Source: Azolla caroliniana
Taxonomy: Eukaryota > Plantae > Polypodiophyta
NCBI GenBank assembly: GCA_043228905.1
Contig: JBHGNT010000009.1
Coordinates: 16,306,001-16,370,000, forward strand
Length of the DNA: 64,000 nucleotides
Reading direction: 5' to 3'
Shown here: one piece after another, positions 50,552-64,000 of the stretch
Layout: every line of letters starts with the position of its first letter
Numbering within the stretch: the stretch's first letter is position 1
Notes under the pieces: model-generated
Databases searched by the model: none
What the model saw: the letters and a program-made list of their open reading frames with translations, nothing else
What the model was told of the DNA's origin: nothing
Position numbers and translations under genes: made by a program

Positions 50552-51129
50552 ATAATAAATTATATGTATTTAATTAATCAATCAAACAAATTTCGTAAAT
50601 GATCTTTAAGATTTGCCCACTAAAATTTAGCTAAACAAATAACTAAATAGCTATGGCCATTTTAGCTACATGTTAGCTATAATAGTGCTTCCATTCCCAT
50701 GCTTTAACCCTTCAGCACAACGCCTAGAAGCATATAGACGTGAGATATCACTTGGCTTGATTCTGATCCCTTCGGCACCAGATGGGCATAACGAAGAATC
50801 ACTCCAATTGAGTCGGACATTCAGGATGGTTTCGGACAATCGACAATCAACATAGTCGACTTGACTTCAGACTCTCCGATTGGGATTCCCTTTTGGACTA
50901 GTTTATTTAGCTTTAGCTCTTCCGACCCCGGTCGACTCGACCTTTTCTTCCTGGATGTTGTTGATTCGAACAAAAGCTGACTTGTTCAACAACCCTTTGC
51001 ATAAATCCGTCTTTTCTCTTTATTCGCTTGATTACAGTTTTTTTCTTGTATACGCCCATTACAGAGGAGTGTCGAATACGGGAAGTAATGGATGTATTCA
51101 CACTATCCTATTTGGACATACTAGGTTTT

Positions 51130-51264
51130 AGGCTATTTATGTAAATAGTGGAAAGGGTAGTTTCCCTAAGTCAGTTGGTATTTAAAATGACCCTTGTAAC
51201 TATTAGAGTGTAGAATACTACAATATAACTTACCACAGGATACTTTATGGTCATGCTCGTAACA
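51130..51264 (-). repeat. LTR fragment related to the young chromovirus LTR
   Basis: TAGAATACTAC...CTTACCACAGGATACTTTATGGTCATGCTCGTAACA resembles 27312-27366. Confidence 0.55.
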
Positions 51265-52252
51265 TAGTTCATCTTTGCAACTTTAGAATTCAATGAATAA
51301 AAAGGCGACTAGATGTAATTGCTCAATTGCCTTGGTTATGCAGCGAGATACTTCAAATCCAAAACTGAGTGCATCAACTTTCATGATAAAAGACTATCGT
51401 AGGTTAGCATGCATCACCATAATGGAGACAAGTGTACAATAGCTCACTTTGAGTTGTCATACACCTTGCCTACATTTGAAGTCAATGTAAACAACCGGTT
51501 CATTTGTACAAGTTGTGTATGAGAGGCAACACAATCTTGGGATAAGTCTCGATGAACTTTTGGTAGAAATTTCCAAATCCCAAGAAATATTGCTCATCCT
51601 GCACTAAACAAGGTGTCTACTAGCCTAAAATAACATGAACTTCATTCGATCCATCGAAATAGCTTCGAATGAAAGCAACATATTCCAGTAAACACTACAT
51701 ATGTTGAGGAGCATGGAAATCATGCTACTCCACTTGAGTTTTTTCCGCAAACGAAGATGTCATGCACCATAGATAAACCATCGTTAAAAAATAAAATGTG
51801 CAGGAGGTTTGTGAAAAACATCATTTGCAATGTGTTGAGAAGCTGTCAATGCATTTGGGAGACCTTAGAGCCAATTTTATATGTATCTTGAAATCTCAAA
51901 TGGTGCCTGATGTTATATGTACCATAGATTTTCCATGAACAAATACACAGGAAGGTCTAAATGTATAAATACGTCATATTAATCGGTATACATATATGCA
52001 TATTACATATAAATATACACATATACAATACATATAGATACATTATACATTATACATTATACATTATACATATACATATACATATACATTATACATTATA
52101 CATTATACATTATACATATACTGTATACATATGACACAAGTAGAAACAAAGCATTGAGAGATACAGAGAGAGACAGAGAGACTGGACGGGTTCAATGAAA
52201 GTTCAAGTACTTTAGAATAGTAATGATGGTGTTGTGGCGATGGAGATCAGCG

Positions 52253-55200
52253 ATGAAATGGATCCAGAGATTGACGAACAACTTCGGATCCCCATTTCTC
52301 ATCCTCATCACTTGTATATATTGGACACAGGTCAGTCATAAAAACAACTAGAAATAAAACTCGTTAATTCTCTATTTTCTCGTGGTTAGTTTCCTTTTTC
52401 AATAATCTCATAAAACATACAAATAGTATAGATCTCTTAGACTCACCCATTAAAGTTATATATGTTGCATTCTTTTGATGATGGTCTTAAGAAATTTTTC
52501 TTTTTTCCTAATATTTTTCCCACTTTCTTGTTTGTGGAATTGCAGTTTCTTTTGAAAATCTCACACAATTTAGCCAAATATATGTGTTTTGTACGCCTTA
52601 ATATGTTGTTGGATTTTTTGCAAAATTTAAGATCAATATTTAATCACAATTATGGCCACAATCACACTTTATTTGATAATATGATACAATTTAGCTAAAT
52701 ATATATGCCTTTCATTAGAGTTCTTAGATTCTCCTCAAAATGGTTTTTACAATGCATCATCCCAACACTCATCATAGACTTAATTTTGAATAATTGCATA
52801 CAATTAATCATATATATATATGTATATGTATGCATTCTGAGAATATTTTGTTATATTCGTCATAATTAGTTTGAGAAGAGTTGATTATAATGTTGCCCAT
52901 TGGGATTTGATAGTCATCGTGAACCAATTATACATGGTGACATATGCATATGATAGTGTATGTGTTGTTTCCTTCTTGGAATTTCGTACGATTTATTACC
53001 TGAACAAAAAGCTTCATGATTTCCTAGGGAAAATAAGCATGAAATTATGGATTTGTAATATATGTGTGGTACACTTCTGAGTGTATATCATTAACAGGGT
53101 TTTAGGTCACTCCCATGGATGACAATATCTTATCAACTCAAAGATGAACTTAAACTTACTCCCTCGGCCTCACAATTCTCCATGACAGTAGCATTTCTGC
53201 CATGGAACATCAAACCACTTTATGGGTGAGTCTATGGGTTTGAACTGTACTCTTATCGATGAACTGATGAAATCCTTTTCCTCTCAATTTTGTTTTTTTA
53301 TTGTTTTTTGCTTTGTTTTGCTAGGATTTTGTCAGATTGCATACCAATCAATGGAAGCCGACGGATTTCTTATCTTATTTTATCGAGCATTCTTTCTTTT
53401 ATCCCTTGGGTTTTACTTGGAGTTTTTGAAAATATGAGGATGTCAGCGATATGCATGATTGGCCTTTTGACGTTACAAAATTTTGGAACAGCCATGGCGG
53501 ATGTTGTAATTGATGCAATGATTGCAGAAGCTGCAAGAGAAGAGAGGTTCAGTAAATTTCCCTTTTGTCTGACATGTTCAAACTAGAGAGCATATTCGAT
53601 AAGTTGTGTGTCCATGTTCTTCCATGTATATTGTTGTGTATATATAGACATTATGATAGGAATAGTGACAGAGGGAGGTTAATCTTTTTTGAGCTTCGTA
53701 AAAGATAAGCTTTTTGAGGAAGAATGAAAATTACACAAACATCTGCGCCAGATTCAATTTTCCTATTCTTTTAATTTCTTCACAGCATAGTATATATTAA
53801 AGGTAAACTATTTGTTTGGAGGGTGGGTATATATAACTTTTCGTGCTCCCATTATTACCACAATGTTTCTGAAATTCTGTTTTCTTTGCTGTCATCCTTT
53901 GATTGCCCATAGTTTTTGTGTTTGTATTTATCTATACAGGGTTTACAGTTTATTTATGCACAACCTTACAAAGCTCATTATAAAAGGATTTTGATCTGGT
54001 TTTGATTACTCTTGGAAGCATTCTATTTCACCTTGCTAGATGTGTTTATACTGGATGGAGGAAATGATATTAGGTAGTTTTATAATGAAGGCTTTATTCA
54101 TATGTCTGAAAAGGAAAGGAAGAACGAAGGGAGAGACAATTCTATAACCATTTAACTGGTTCTATTCAGACTATATAAGAAAGTTCTGCATTTTTGGTAT
54201 AGCTGAGACCTCGTTCTGCAGGACTGAATATGCTGGAGACCTTCAGTCTATGTCATGGTTTGCAATGGCATTAGGTGGCATATTTGGTAGCATGATTGGT
54301 GGTTTCGCTCTCTCTTCACTTGGTGTAAAGAGGATTTTTCTCCTTTTCTCCATGTTTCCAGTGCTACAACTTGTGACATGCACATTTGTCGATGAAAGAA
54401 AGCTTGCAACTGCAATCAAAAGATTGCACACTGCAGATGTCGACATATTGGATAACGCATGTGCTAACAGAAATCATCATGGGAGTTCTAACATCATAGT
54501 AAATGACCATAGAAAGAGCAAAAATAATGATTTTCCTCTTAAAGGATTGTTGCAATCATGTAATATTGATGAGGCCGATGAAAATAAAGGGTTGATGCCT
54601 AAGGATGGGGAGGAACGATACACTTTAATCCATGGAAAAGAAGATGATGATTGGGTGGAGGTTGAATCTGAAATGGCAAAGGATGATAGTGCTACTGAAG
54701 GACATGAATGTGAGCTCCATTGTCCAGAAAGCATAAACATTGCCAAAGCACAGAATGAAGAGAGCACGGAAATAATATCACAAGATGATCAACAACAATC
54801 TTGGATTTTAAAAATAAAGGAAACATTTGTTAAGCTCCATCAGACCATACAACGACCAGAGATCCGAAGGTAAAGAGTCTCTCATGTTTGTGCTTCTTTT
54901 TGTTTATGTTTCTTGTTTTTCTCTCATTTTTTTAATTAATATATTTTTGGCATTATGTGGCAAGGCCAATGCTATGGTTCTTCTTGGCTCAAATTAGTGT
55001 ACCAAGTCTTTCGACAATGATGTTCTACTACCAAACCAATCATTTGCATTTGGATGCATCTTTCTTGGGGACATCACGTTTTGTCGGCTGGGGATCTTTG
55101 ATGCTAGGAACATTGATGTACAACCAGTATCTTAAGAATGTGCCATTGAGGAAGATTCTCGGGTCAGTATGTTCTTTCCTGGAAAACTTACTTTTAATGT

Positions 55201-56269
55201 GCTCAAATTATTTTCCTGAGTAGTGAAGTGCTTAATAAGCACAAAAGCTTCCGTATGTTAGTATCTCCGACAAAATACACAATTTAATGTGCAAAACTCT
55301 AAAATAAAGCCACACTAGGAGAATGACTATTCATCTGGAACCATCATGAGGCTATTCAATATTGCATTGGTTACCTTTTTGCCCCCATCTAGCATTCCGT
55401 TTACAAAGAAGAATCGATGCATGCAAAAAGGTGCTCTTTTCGTATGTTCAATGTGCTGAACTTGTGAATGAAATTCATGAGCTTAGTACTGATGAGGCGG
55501 AGACGGTGATGAAACAAGTGAAAAATACAAAACAAGGATGTTACCTTGGTAATTGTTTTGCCATAAAAGCTTTTCAATCAGTATATGTGAAAGTGTGCAT
55601 GGTAGGACCTATACATTACAATAATTTTACCTTCTTTGATAAGAACAAAATTGACCTATGAGAACCCGGAAAAAATTATATCCTCATGAATCGTAACTGT
55701 ATAGGTGGACGCACATTGTGCTGGCATTGATCACTCTGTCCGATGTCATACTCGTGAGTGGCTTGAATAAACAATTTGGTATTCCAGATAAAGTGTTTAT
55801 TATTGGGGCTTCAGCATTGGGAGATGCAATAAACCAATTCAAGTTTGTCCTTTCTATCCTTCTCATTGATTGATTTTCTTTGTATTTATGATGTGAATGT
55901 TTCCATTTATTAGTGACTTCTTCGTTTTTAAGATTGTCCTTCATTTCATTATTTATATATATATAAATGTATATATTTGTCCCTTGGTTCAACAGATTTA
56001 TGCCATTCTTGGTTCTTTCTGGACAATTGTGTGAACCCGGTATCGAAGGAACGCTCTTTGCTCTTTTCATGTCTTTAAATAACCTTGGTGCAACTTTAAG
56101 CTCTTTATTTGGAGCTAGTCTTGCCTCAACCCTTCATATATCATCAAACGAATTTGAAAACTTCAGTATGGGCATCTGCATTCAGGCTCTATTCACTCTT
56201 TTGCCGGTCTTTTTCCTTCACTTAATACCTCATAATGATAATAGTACTCTGGGAAAGAAAAAAGTCTAA
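52253..56269 (+). CDS. FBT: Folate-biopterin transporter (BT1 family, MFS), FBT4-like; 7 exons, about 561 aa
   Basis: Exons 52253-52330, 53098-53225, 53325-53546, 54222-54869, 54965-55162, 55705-55842, 55996-56269 with GT-AG introns join into one 1686-nt frame. Motifs PWNIKPLYGILSDCIPING, AMADVVIDAMIAE, GDLQS, QFKFMPFLVLSGQLCEPGIEGTLFALFMS. Alternative in-frame ATG at 52223. Confidence 0.93.
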
Positions 56270-57249
56270 GATGGTAGCATCACTAGAAAATGAAAATCCA
56301 ACACATTACAATTGTTTCCCCCCCAGCCCAACATTTGGGCAGATGTTACTACAATTTTACATTATTGTATACCATATAAGTTACTCTTTTGCAACCATTA
56401 GTGTATGCTGGTTCTTATTGTTCACAAATTGAATATAAGAACAGCCACTCATTGTGATTCAAAAAACATTTCTAATCTCTTTTACATTGGAGAAAATATT
56501 TGATTTTGCCTTGGGTACGTTCTGTATTGTAATTAGCAGAATAAACATATAGTAAGTGCATACACAAATGTCACGATTAAGGTCTCACAAAGAAAATGAA
56601 CCTTAAGACTTAGTAGTGTATGGAGATGTGACATCAAGGACAAAAATGTGCATATCAGATCTTTTATTTTTATAATTGTTTTTGGTGCATTTCCACATTG
56701 CCGGGAGTTATAATTGTGTACTACCAAAGCTAAAAGAATGTAAAATGTGACACTTTCCAAACTATGTTGCTCAAATTGCAAGCTCATTGTAGAACATTAG
56801 CTCACAAAACCGATGATAAACAAGGTTAACAAACTTCGAAGAAATTTTGAGAGTAAAGCACAAAAGAAATCTTGAAAGTTGAACATGATTTGTAGAACAA
56901 AGATATGGAGATCCACTTTGGTTGTACACTAAGATGAGGGTTATGCAATTCCGAATGATATACTTGCACTTTTCATTAGAGTGCATGCCTTGCAACATAT
57001 CATTATCTAATGCTTGGTGGTGATTTTTTAATGGGAAACTAATAGATTTTTGAATAAGAATCTTTATGAGAGGAAATGCAACAAACTTAGGATATATAAA
57101 GTATTGACGGATAGAGCAAATAAAAGACAAGAAGGCTAGGATGCGATATAAATTTAAAATAATGAAAGGACTTATTTCAATTGCCAAGAGCTTATATTGT
57201 GAACGAAAGATCAAGAGTTCAAATTCTCTTTGAAAGAGAGATGCTATTT

Positions 57250-58500
57250 TTATTTGCATGAGGAGCTCCACATGTCTATAAAATGGACAGAGACCTTATT
57301 GTCAAGGGTCAAAATTTTGGATCCAAGTGGACATGTTACTAGAATTCCAACGAGCTTGCGGGGTTACGAATCAAGAGGGCATCCAAGAACAACAACATCA
57401 AGAGGCAATGAAGTTATTGTCTTTTGGGATGTTTCTCTGAAACTCAAGGATCTTTCTCGGAACCTCTACTCGCTAAAGTATATTCTTACTATCTTATTTA
57501 CCTTTCCTTATGAACCGCTACATGTAGCAAAGTTGAGATAATTTCATATTGTATCTTCTCAATTCATGAACTTTAATGTCGTACTTTATTTTGATTTATG
57601 TATACAATTATTTCTTGTAAACCTTCTATCTAAAATTATTCAAGATCAAATGAGGATTGTGGATTTTTCTCCACAAAAATCCAAGCTTGGAGTGCGAAGT
57701 TACACAATTTGGAGCTAAATCGATGAAAGAGTGTATGAAATATCACACCAAAAAGCTTGCCTCACCAACAAGTCAAAGATTTCACCTCGAGGGTCACTAC
57801 AAAACTTTTGGATCTCAATTCCAATCATCGAATGGGAACTTACGAGCCGACATTGTCATGATCTAGGAAGCAAACATAAGGAAACAAGTTTAAATTACAT
57901 ACATAGAAAATATTGAAGGAAAAGGCAAAAGTACAAAAAGAAGGTCATGGGACAAGAGAGTCAAAGAAAATAAAAAGACTTATGTCAATCATCAAGACCT
58001 TACATTAGAAGCACAAGGTTAGAGGTTTGAATCTCGTAATGGATGATTAAGGGAGAAAGGTGATTTATATTAAGTAGCAAGTAGCAAGGTATATGGTCAA
58101 GGTTGAGGTATATGGTAAATATGATTAAAGGATGTAATATTTTTCGTGTCAACCCAATTTCAAAGTCAAGTACTCTAAAAAGAAGCTTACTATTTTAGTA
58201 AGGGACATCTTCAAACCTATAAAAGGGAGAGGAGAGCTCATTGTTGGGGGTCGAATTTTAGATTAAAGTGGACGCATTGCCAAAATCTTTAATGACCTTG
58301 GGGTAGTGAACCAACAGGGCCTTAGAGGGCAATGAATCAAGAGGGTGTTTGAGATCACCAATGACAAGAGGCAACGAAACTGTCTCACTGATCAATCTAA
58401 ATAGAAACTAGAGGATATCCTTTGAAGCTCTAACCACAATTCCTAAATCTCTATCTTCTTCTATTCTTACCTTTCAATCCACTCCATGTAACCAATCAAC
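57250..58500 (+). repeat. Degenerate LTR-like dispersed repeats
   Basis: 57910-58050 resembles about 1845-1990; TATA-containing segments near 57275-57415 and 58216-58380 resemble each other. Confidence 0.5.
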
Positions 58501-58550
58501 ATATTGCATGTCTCATGCTCAACTTCGAGAAGGCATATCATAGGGTTCAG

Positions 58551-61500
58551 TGTCATGATATTGCATGGTATGGCTCCAAAAGAATTTAAACCCATGACCT
58601 TGTGTTACATGGGTTGAAGCCATACCATTAAACTATGCATTGTAATACGATATTATTTTTTATTATTTCACTATACGAAATTCATGTATATGCCAGATTA
58701 CTCTCTAATATTCTAGAAACTTTAGGAGTACTCAGTACAGTACTATAAATAGAGGCACATGACATTCCAATTTGGTTCAACACCAGTCTTAAGCCTCCTA
58801 ACCGTTCTTGTATTCGTCTTCATATAATAATATCTGTCTTGTTGTCATCATTCTCTGTCTCTCTCTATCTTCCCCTCTCGTGATTCTCACACACTCTTTC
58901 CCTTCTTAATACTAATCCTCATTCTTCTCCTCTATCTTTAGTACTAATTCTCCTTCCTCTAGTACTATCCCTTATAGCTTGAACCAAAATGGTTCTGAAT
59001 AATGCCATGTGCCTCTATTTATAGTATTGTCAGGAGTATTTTTGAAGTTTCTAGAATGTTCCAGAGTAACCTAGAATATACATGAATTTCCTATAGTGAA
59101 ATAATAAATGAAATAATATTTTTTCTATTACAATGCATAGCTTAATGGTATGGCTTCAACCCATGTAACACAAGGTCATGGGTTCAAATCTAATGATGGA
59201 AGTCCTTAAGAAGAGCTTGAGCATTTGCCACATTCTCTATTGGTTCCCAAGCACGCTCGCTTGGACTATATCCTAGCCAATAGACCAAATAGTAGAGCTT
59301 GTTGCGAACAATCTTGGAATCAAGGATGGCAGCAACCTCATCCTCAGGTCTATTTTTGAAGTTCGATCGGGGGTGGAGGTGGTGTAATACGATTGGGAAT
59401 AGTGTTGTCCTGATAGGGTTCTAGAAGAGAACTATGAAATACCGAATGTATCCATCGTTGCGGAGGTAGCTCAAGGCGAAAAGTGACATCTTCTTATCCC
59501 TCCTTCCCATCATACTAATCCCCTTATCCTTCCTTCCTCAAATACTAAATGGCAAGTGTTAGCGCTCAAGAATACCAATCCGTTTTCTTGGAGCTCCATT
59601 GCTTAAAAGAAAAGTTTGTAGCACTAGAACAAGAAAATCAACACTTGTTGGGGTATCTTCAGCAAATAGCTCGAGAAAAACAACAACATGGGGAGCTGAC
59701 GTTATGCATGCAACAACTTGAAGCAACTATTGTGTCATTGCAACAATAGGGACCAAGCACTCAAGGGATTCCCAAAGAACCCAAAATCGGTCTTCCTATG
59801 AAGTTCAATGGAACGCGATCACAGTTCAAAGGATTCCTTAATCAAGTACGTTAGGTAATTCAAATGCATCCTTCTCGATATCCCACCAATCCATCATGAG
59901 TGAGACTAGTAGGTACGCTACTTAGTGGTATAGGTTTGGCATGGTTCGTCCCTTTGTTAGAAAAAGGCTCTCCTTTGTTAAATAATTTTGAGGAGTTTAT
60001 TAGAGAGTTTAAAGCATGTTTTGGAGATACCGATAGCATTAGGACGACAATCACTCAAATCCGAAGATTGCGCCTAGGTGATCATTCGACCTCAACTTAT
60101 GCTGCGGATTTCTGTCTACTCACCATCGATATTCCCTAGGATGACCAAGCATTGATGGGACAATTTCTCTATGGCCTACGTAATGACGTCAAGGATTTAC
60201 TCTTGACTTTCCCCGAAGAACCAAAGTCAATCACAGAAGCAATCAATTGAGCGGTACGATGTGATAACTGGATTTTCGAACGACGCTCGAAATGTCAATT
60301 ACAAATGCCAAGGACAACATCAGAACCCACCTATGCCTCAGTTGTAGCAAAACCTTTTTCAAGGGAGTCATATAATGCATCTCTAGAAAATACTCCAACA
60401 CCAATGGAAATCGACACCACATATCTTCATGGACCATTATTGGAAGGGGAAAAGCAACGATGCCGAACAAATCGACTATGTCTATATTGCGCTGGAACGG
60501 GGCATATTGCAGTAAATTGTCCCCATAGGCCAAGAAGACAAGTAAATCAAGTAGTTGGTAGTACTAAACCTGAGTCTATTTCATTAGGAGTGTCTGATAA
60601 ACCTAGTAGTCCAAGTTTATGCAACAAATTTGAAGTCTTTAGTCAACTAGGAGAAGAGTTAAACCAGCCAAAATAGGAGTCGTTAGGTTGGACAACCCTA
60701 GATCTGTGCAACCTATTAGTGGTTCCATTCCCTCGAAACCAGTTAGCAAGGTGTTCTTAGCTCAAGTAGCAATTAGTACCACAAGTAATCCTCCAATACA
60801 TGTATTAGCACTCTTAGATTCCGGAGCTAATTCTTGCTTCATGGATAGGAATTTTGCCCAAGTTCATCAGATATCCCTAAGAAAGCTTCCTTGCGCAGCT
60901 TCTGTAGTAGTCATTGATGGTCGCCCCATTGCTTCTGGAAATATCGTAGAAGAGTCAAAACCGGTTCGTGTTGTCCTAGATATTTTGGCGTATGAAATAT
61001 CATTTAATATAATTAGTAGTCCAGAGCATCCAATTGTCTTGGGGTTACCATGGTTTGAATTACACAACCCTAAAATCAATTGGAGAACAAGAGAAATCAG
61101 GTATCATCAACCTCGAGGTTCTACTCATAGAATTACAACCATTTCACTACATCAATTGCGTGAGGAAGGACGCAAGGAACCAATGTTTGTATTCGTAGTA
61201 TCAGTGAAACCATCTAGTATCACTAAGGAGTCAACAATTCAACTTCCGAAGAAGTATCACCATTATGCCGATGTTTTTGACAAGGTAAAAACTAGGACCA
61301 TATGATTGTCCTATTGATTTACAATCAGGAAAAGAGCCACCATGGGGACTGATCTACAACTTGTCACCAAGCGAGCTTGAAGTTCTTCGAGCCTACATAG
61401 AGGAAAATTTGGCAAACTGGTTCATTCGACATTCGAAATCTCCAACCAGCGCACCTACTTTCTTTGTCAAGAAAAAAGATGGATCACTTCGTCTAGTCGT

Positions 61501-64000
61501 GGATTACCGTGGCTTGAATAAGGTCACCATCAAGAATAGGTATGCACTTCCTTTGATCTTGAGTCTTCTAGAAAGGATTAATGGTGCAAATTTTTTCACA
61601 AAGATCGACTTACGAGGAGCATATAACCTCGTACGGATCCGACCGGGAGACGAATGGAAGGCAACGTTCCACACCCGATATGGGCATTTTGAATATATGG
61701 TTATGTCATTCGGCCTCACCAATGCACCAATAGTCTTCTAGCACATGGAAAATGATATATTCTAAGATCTCTTGGACATATGTTTCATCATCTACTTGGA
61801 TGATTTGCTAGTTTATTCAAAGACACAAGAGGAGCATGATTCTCATTTACTATTAGTACTAAAACGACTACGAGAACATGGTCTTTATGCAAAACTGGAG
61901 AATTGTAGTTTTGATTGTAAATAGGTGGAATTTCTAGGCTATATCGTCTCCTCGAAAGGAATCTCTATTGATCCAGCTAAGGTTTAAACTGTGTTAGAGT
62001 GGTAGATGCCACGTTCGTTGCAAGATGCGCAATGCTTTTTAGGTTTCACAAATTTCTATCGCAAGTTTATAAGGGACTACTCACAACTTATTTTGCCTCT
62101 CACACAGCTTACAAAGAAGCAGACACGGCTTTTGTGGATCTCAAGAAAGCATTTACATCGACTCCTATTCTAACTCATGTTGATCCCCAAAAACCATTTA
62201 TCATTGAGGCAGATGCGTCAGATTTCGTCCTCGATAGTATTTTGTCACAACAAGGAGATGATGAGAAGCTACATCTCGTAGCTTTCCACTTGCGCAAATT
62301 TGACACTGCCGAAATCAACCACGAGATACATGATAAGGAGCTATTAGCAATAGTGGACTCTTTTGCACAATGGAGGCATTTCTTATCAAGTCATTGTATT
62401 TAGTGATCACAAGAATCTTGCCTACTTCCAGAATGCTCGTGTATTAAATAGACTGATGGTCCCAATTCCTCACTCGTTTCGACTTCAAGATTACATACCG
62501 TTTGAGCAAGCAACAAGGGAAGGCAGATACATTATCATGACACTTGTATCTAGCACCTCGTCTTAGTGATCCAACCTTCGATAATCAAAAGCAAGTAATC
62601 CTAGGCTCGACATGACTGCAAGCAACGTTGGTTTTTGACACTCCATTAGATTCCCGCCTTTTTGATACCATACGTGAAGATTTGAAGACAGATGTTTTCG
62701 CTCAAGCTATTCTAGATCAAATTGATTCCTCTCAAGGATCTTGTTCACAGTCACAACAACTAGGTACAGATTGTTCACAATTCGAATGTCATGATGGATT
62801 ACTCTTCTTTAATAAACTTTTGTATGTTCCCAATGCTCCATGTCGTCTTTGAGTAGTTCAAAATTGTCATGACACATACACAAATGGACAGTTTGGTAGT
62901 ACTAAAATGTTGGATTTAGTAAAATGATAATTTTGATGGCGTCATATGTGAAGATTTGTCAAAGACTACATTCAGACATGTCATACATGTTGCAGAGCGA
63001 AGATGCCTAGACATCATCCATACGGTTTATTGGAGCCATTACCCATCCCAACAAGCCATGACAATCTATTTCTCTAGATTTTATCACAGATCTTGCGGAT
63101 TCGAAGGGCATCAATGCGATCTTAACAGTGGTTGATCGATATACTAAGATGGCACATTTCTTGCCCTATAGGCTGTACTAAAGAAATCACTAGTGAAGAA
63201 ACTACAAGAGTTGTTATGCGTGAAGTATTTCGACATCATGACCTTCCCGATAGTATCATCAGTGATGGTGGACCACAATTCTTCTCTAAATTTTGGAAGC
63301 ATCTCTTCAAAATGCTCAAGGTTACCTGCAACCTCTCCTCCAGCTATCATCCCCAAATAGATGGTCAAGCAGAACATACAAATCAAACGCTGGAACAATA
63401 TCTTTAGTGTTTTCTAAGCTATCAACAAGATGATTGGGTGGATATTATACATTTGGTTGGATTTAGGCAGAACTATCTACCCACCTACATCAAGCCCAAC
63501 AAACACAAAAGGATTATATGGATCGTCATCGGATTCCATCCTGTTTTGATATTGGAGATCGTGTATGGCTATTACGACGGTTAGGGCCTTTCCGTAGTAA
63601 CGGAAAAATTAATGATGTCACTTTTCCCCTTGAGCAACCTCTGCAACTACGGATACATCCGATATTTCATAGTTCTCTTCTAGAACCTTATTAGGACAAC
63701 ACTATTCCCAATTATATTACACCACCTCCACCCCCGATCGAACTTCAAGATGGACCCGAGTACAAGGTTGCTGCCATCCTCGATTCCAAGATTGTTCGCA
63801 ATAAGCCCTATTATTTGGTCGATTGGCTAGGATATTGCTCCAAAAGGATTTGAACCCATGATATGGCCCCAAAAGAATTTGAACCCATGACTTTGTGTTA
63901 CATGAGTTGACGCCATACCATTAAGCTATGCATTGTAATACAAAAAACATTATTTTCATTTAATATTTCACTATAGGAAATTCATGTATATTCCAGGTTA
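58551..64000 (+). mobile_element. Decayed chromoviral Ty3/gypsy (Tcn1/Tf-like), running off the window
   Basis: LTR-like sequence from about 58551 recurs from about 63860; gag knuckle CLYCAGTGHIAVNC, protease [22 protein letters not shown] and YLDD, RNase H EADASDF, integrase ISDGGPQF, chromodomain YKVAAILDSK...YYLVDWLGY. LTR ends and PBS are not resolved. Confidence 0.85.
59549..63835 (+). pseudogene. Gypsy gag-pol with numerous stops and frameshifts
   Basis: Fragment ORFs 59549-59749, 59900-60139, 60305-60676, 60688-61305, 61361-61741, 61999-62403 and 63132-63407 lie in gag-PR-RT-RH-INT order. Confidence 0.87.

Noticed and set aside
56771-57271. 166-aa minus-strand ORF downstream of the transporter
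   Set aside because: No recognisable domain, AT-rich; at most a decayed LINE tail.

Overview
This is plant nuclear DNA, probably a fern or other seed-free plant (an inference from the TE families), and it consists mostly of nested transposons. The only host gene is an intact 7-exon folate-biopterin (BT1/MFS) transporter at 52253-56269 (+). Elements with resolved boundaries: a Ty1/copia on - (2639-8131, TSD TATTA); a Ty1/copia on + (13122-19169, TSD TCAAG) nested in a tRNA-Trp-primed Ty3/gypsy; a full-length L1-type LINE on - (about 25547-38850) split by a very young, intact chromoviral Ty3/gypsy (26912-33929, TSD CTTGG, LTRs differing at 1 of 455 nt); and a hAT MITE (43826-44467). Also present are a broken hAT transposase, probable Helitron pieces, several copia fragments and a decayed chromovirus at the right end. 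The most unusual observations are: a regularly spaced array of five RNA hairpins in the 1.7-kb leader of the young chromovirus; a plastid trnT-GGU fragment inside a copia gag; an antisense copy of an element's own chromodomain and LTR inside its 5' leader; tRNA-like A/B boxes in LTRs; and extra protein segments on copia pol and LINE ORF1. All calls were made by eye; no database searches were run.
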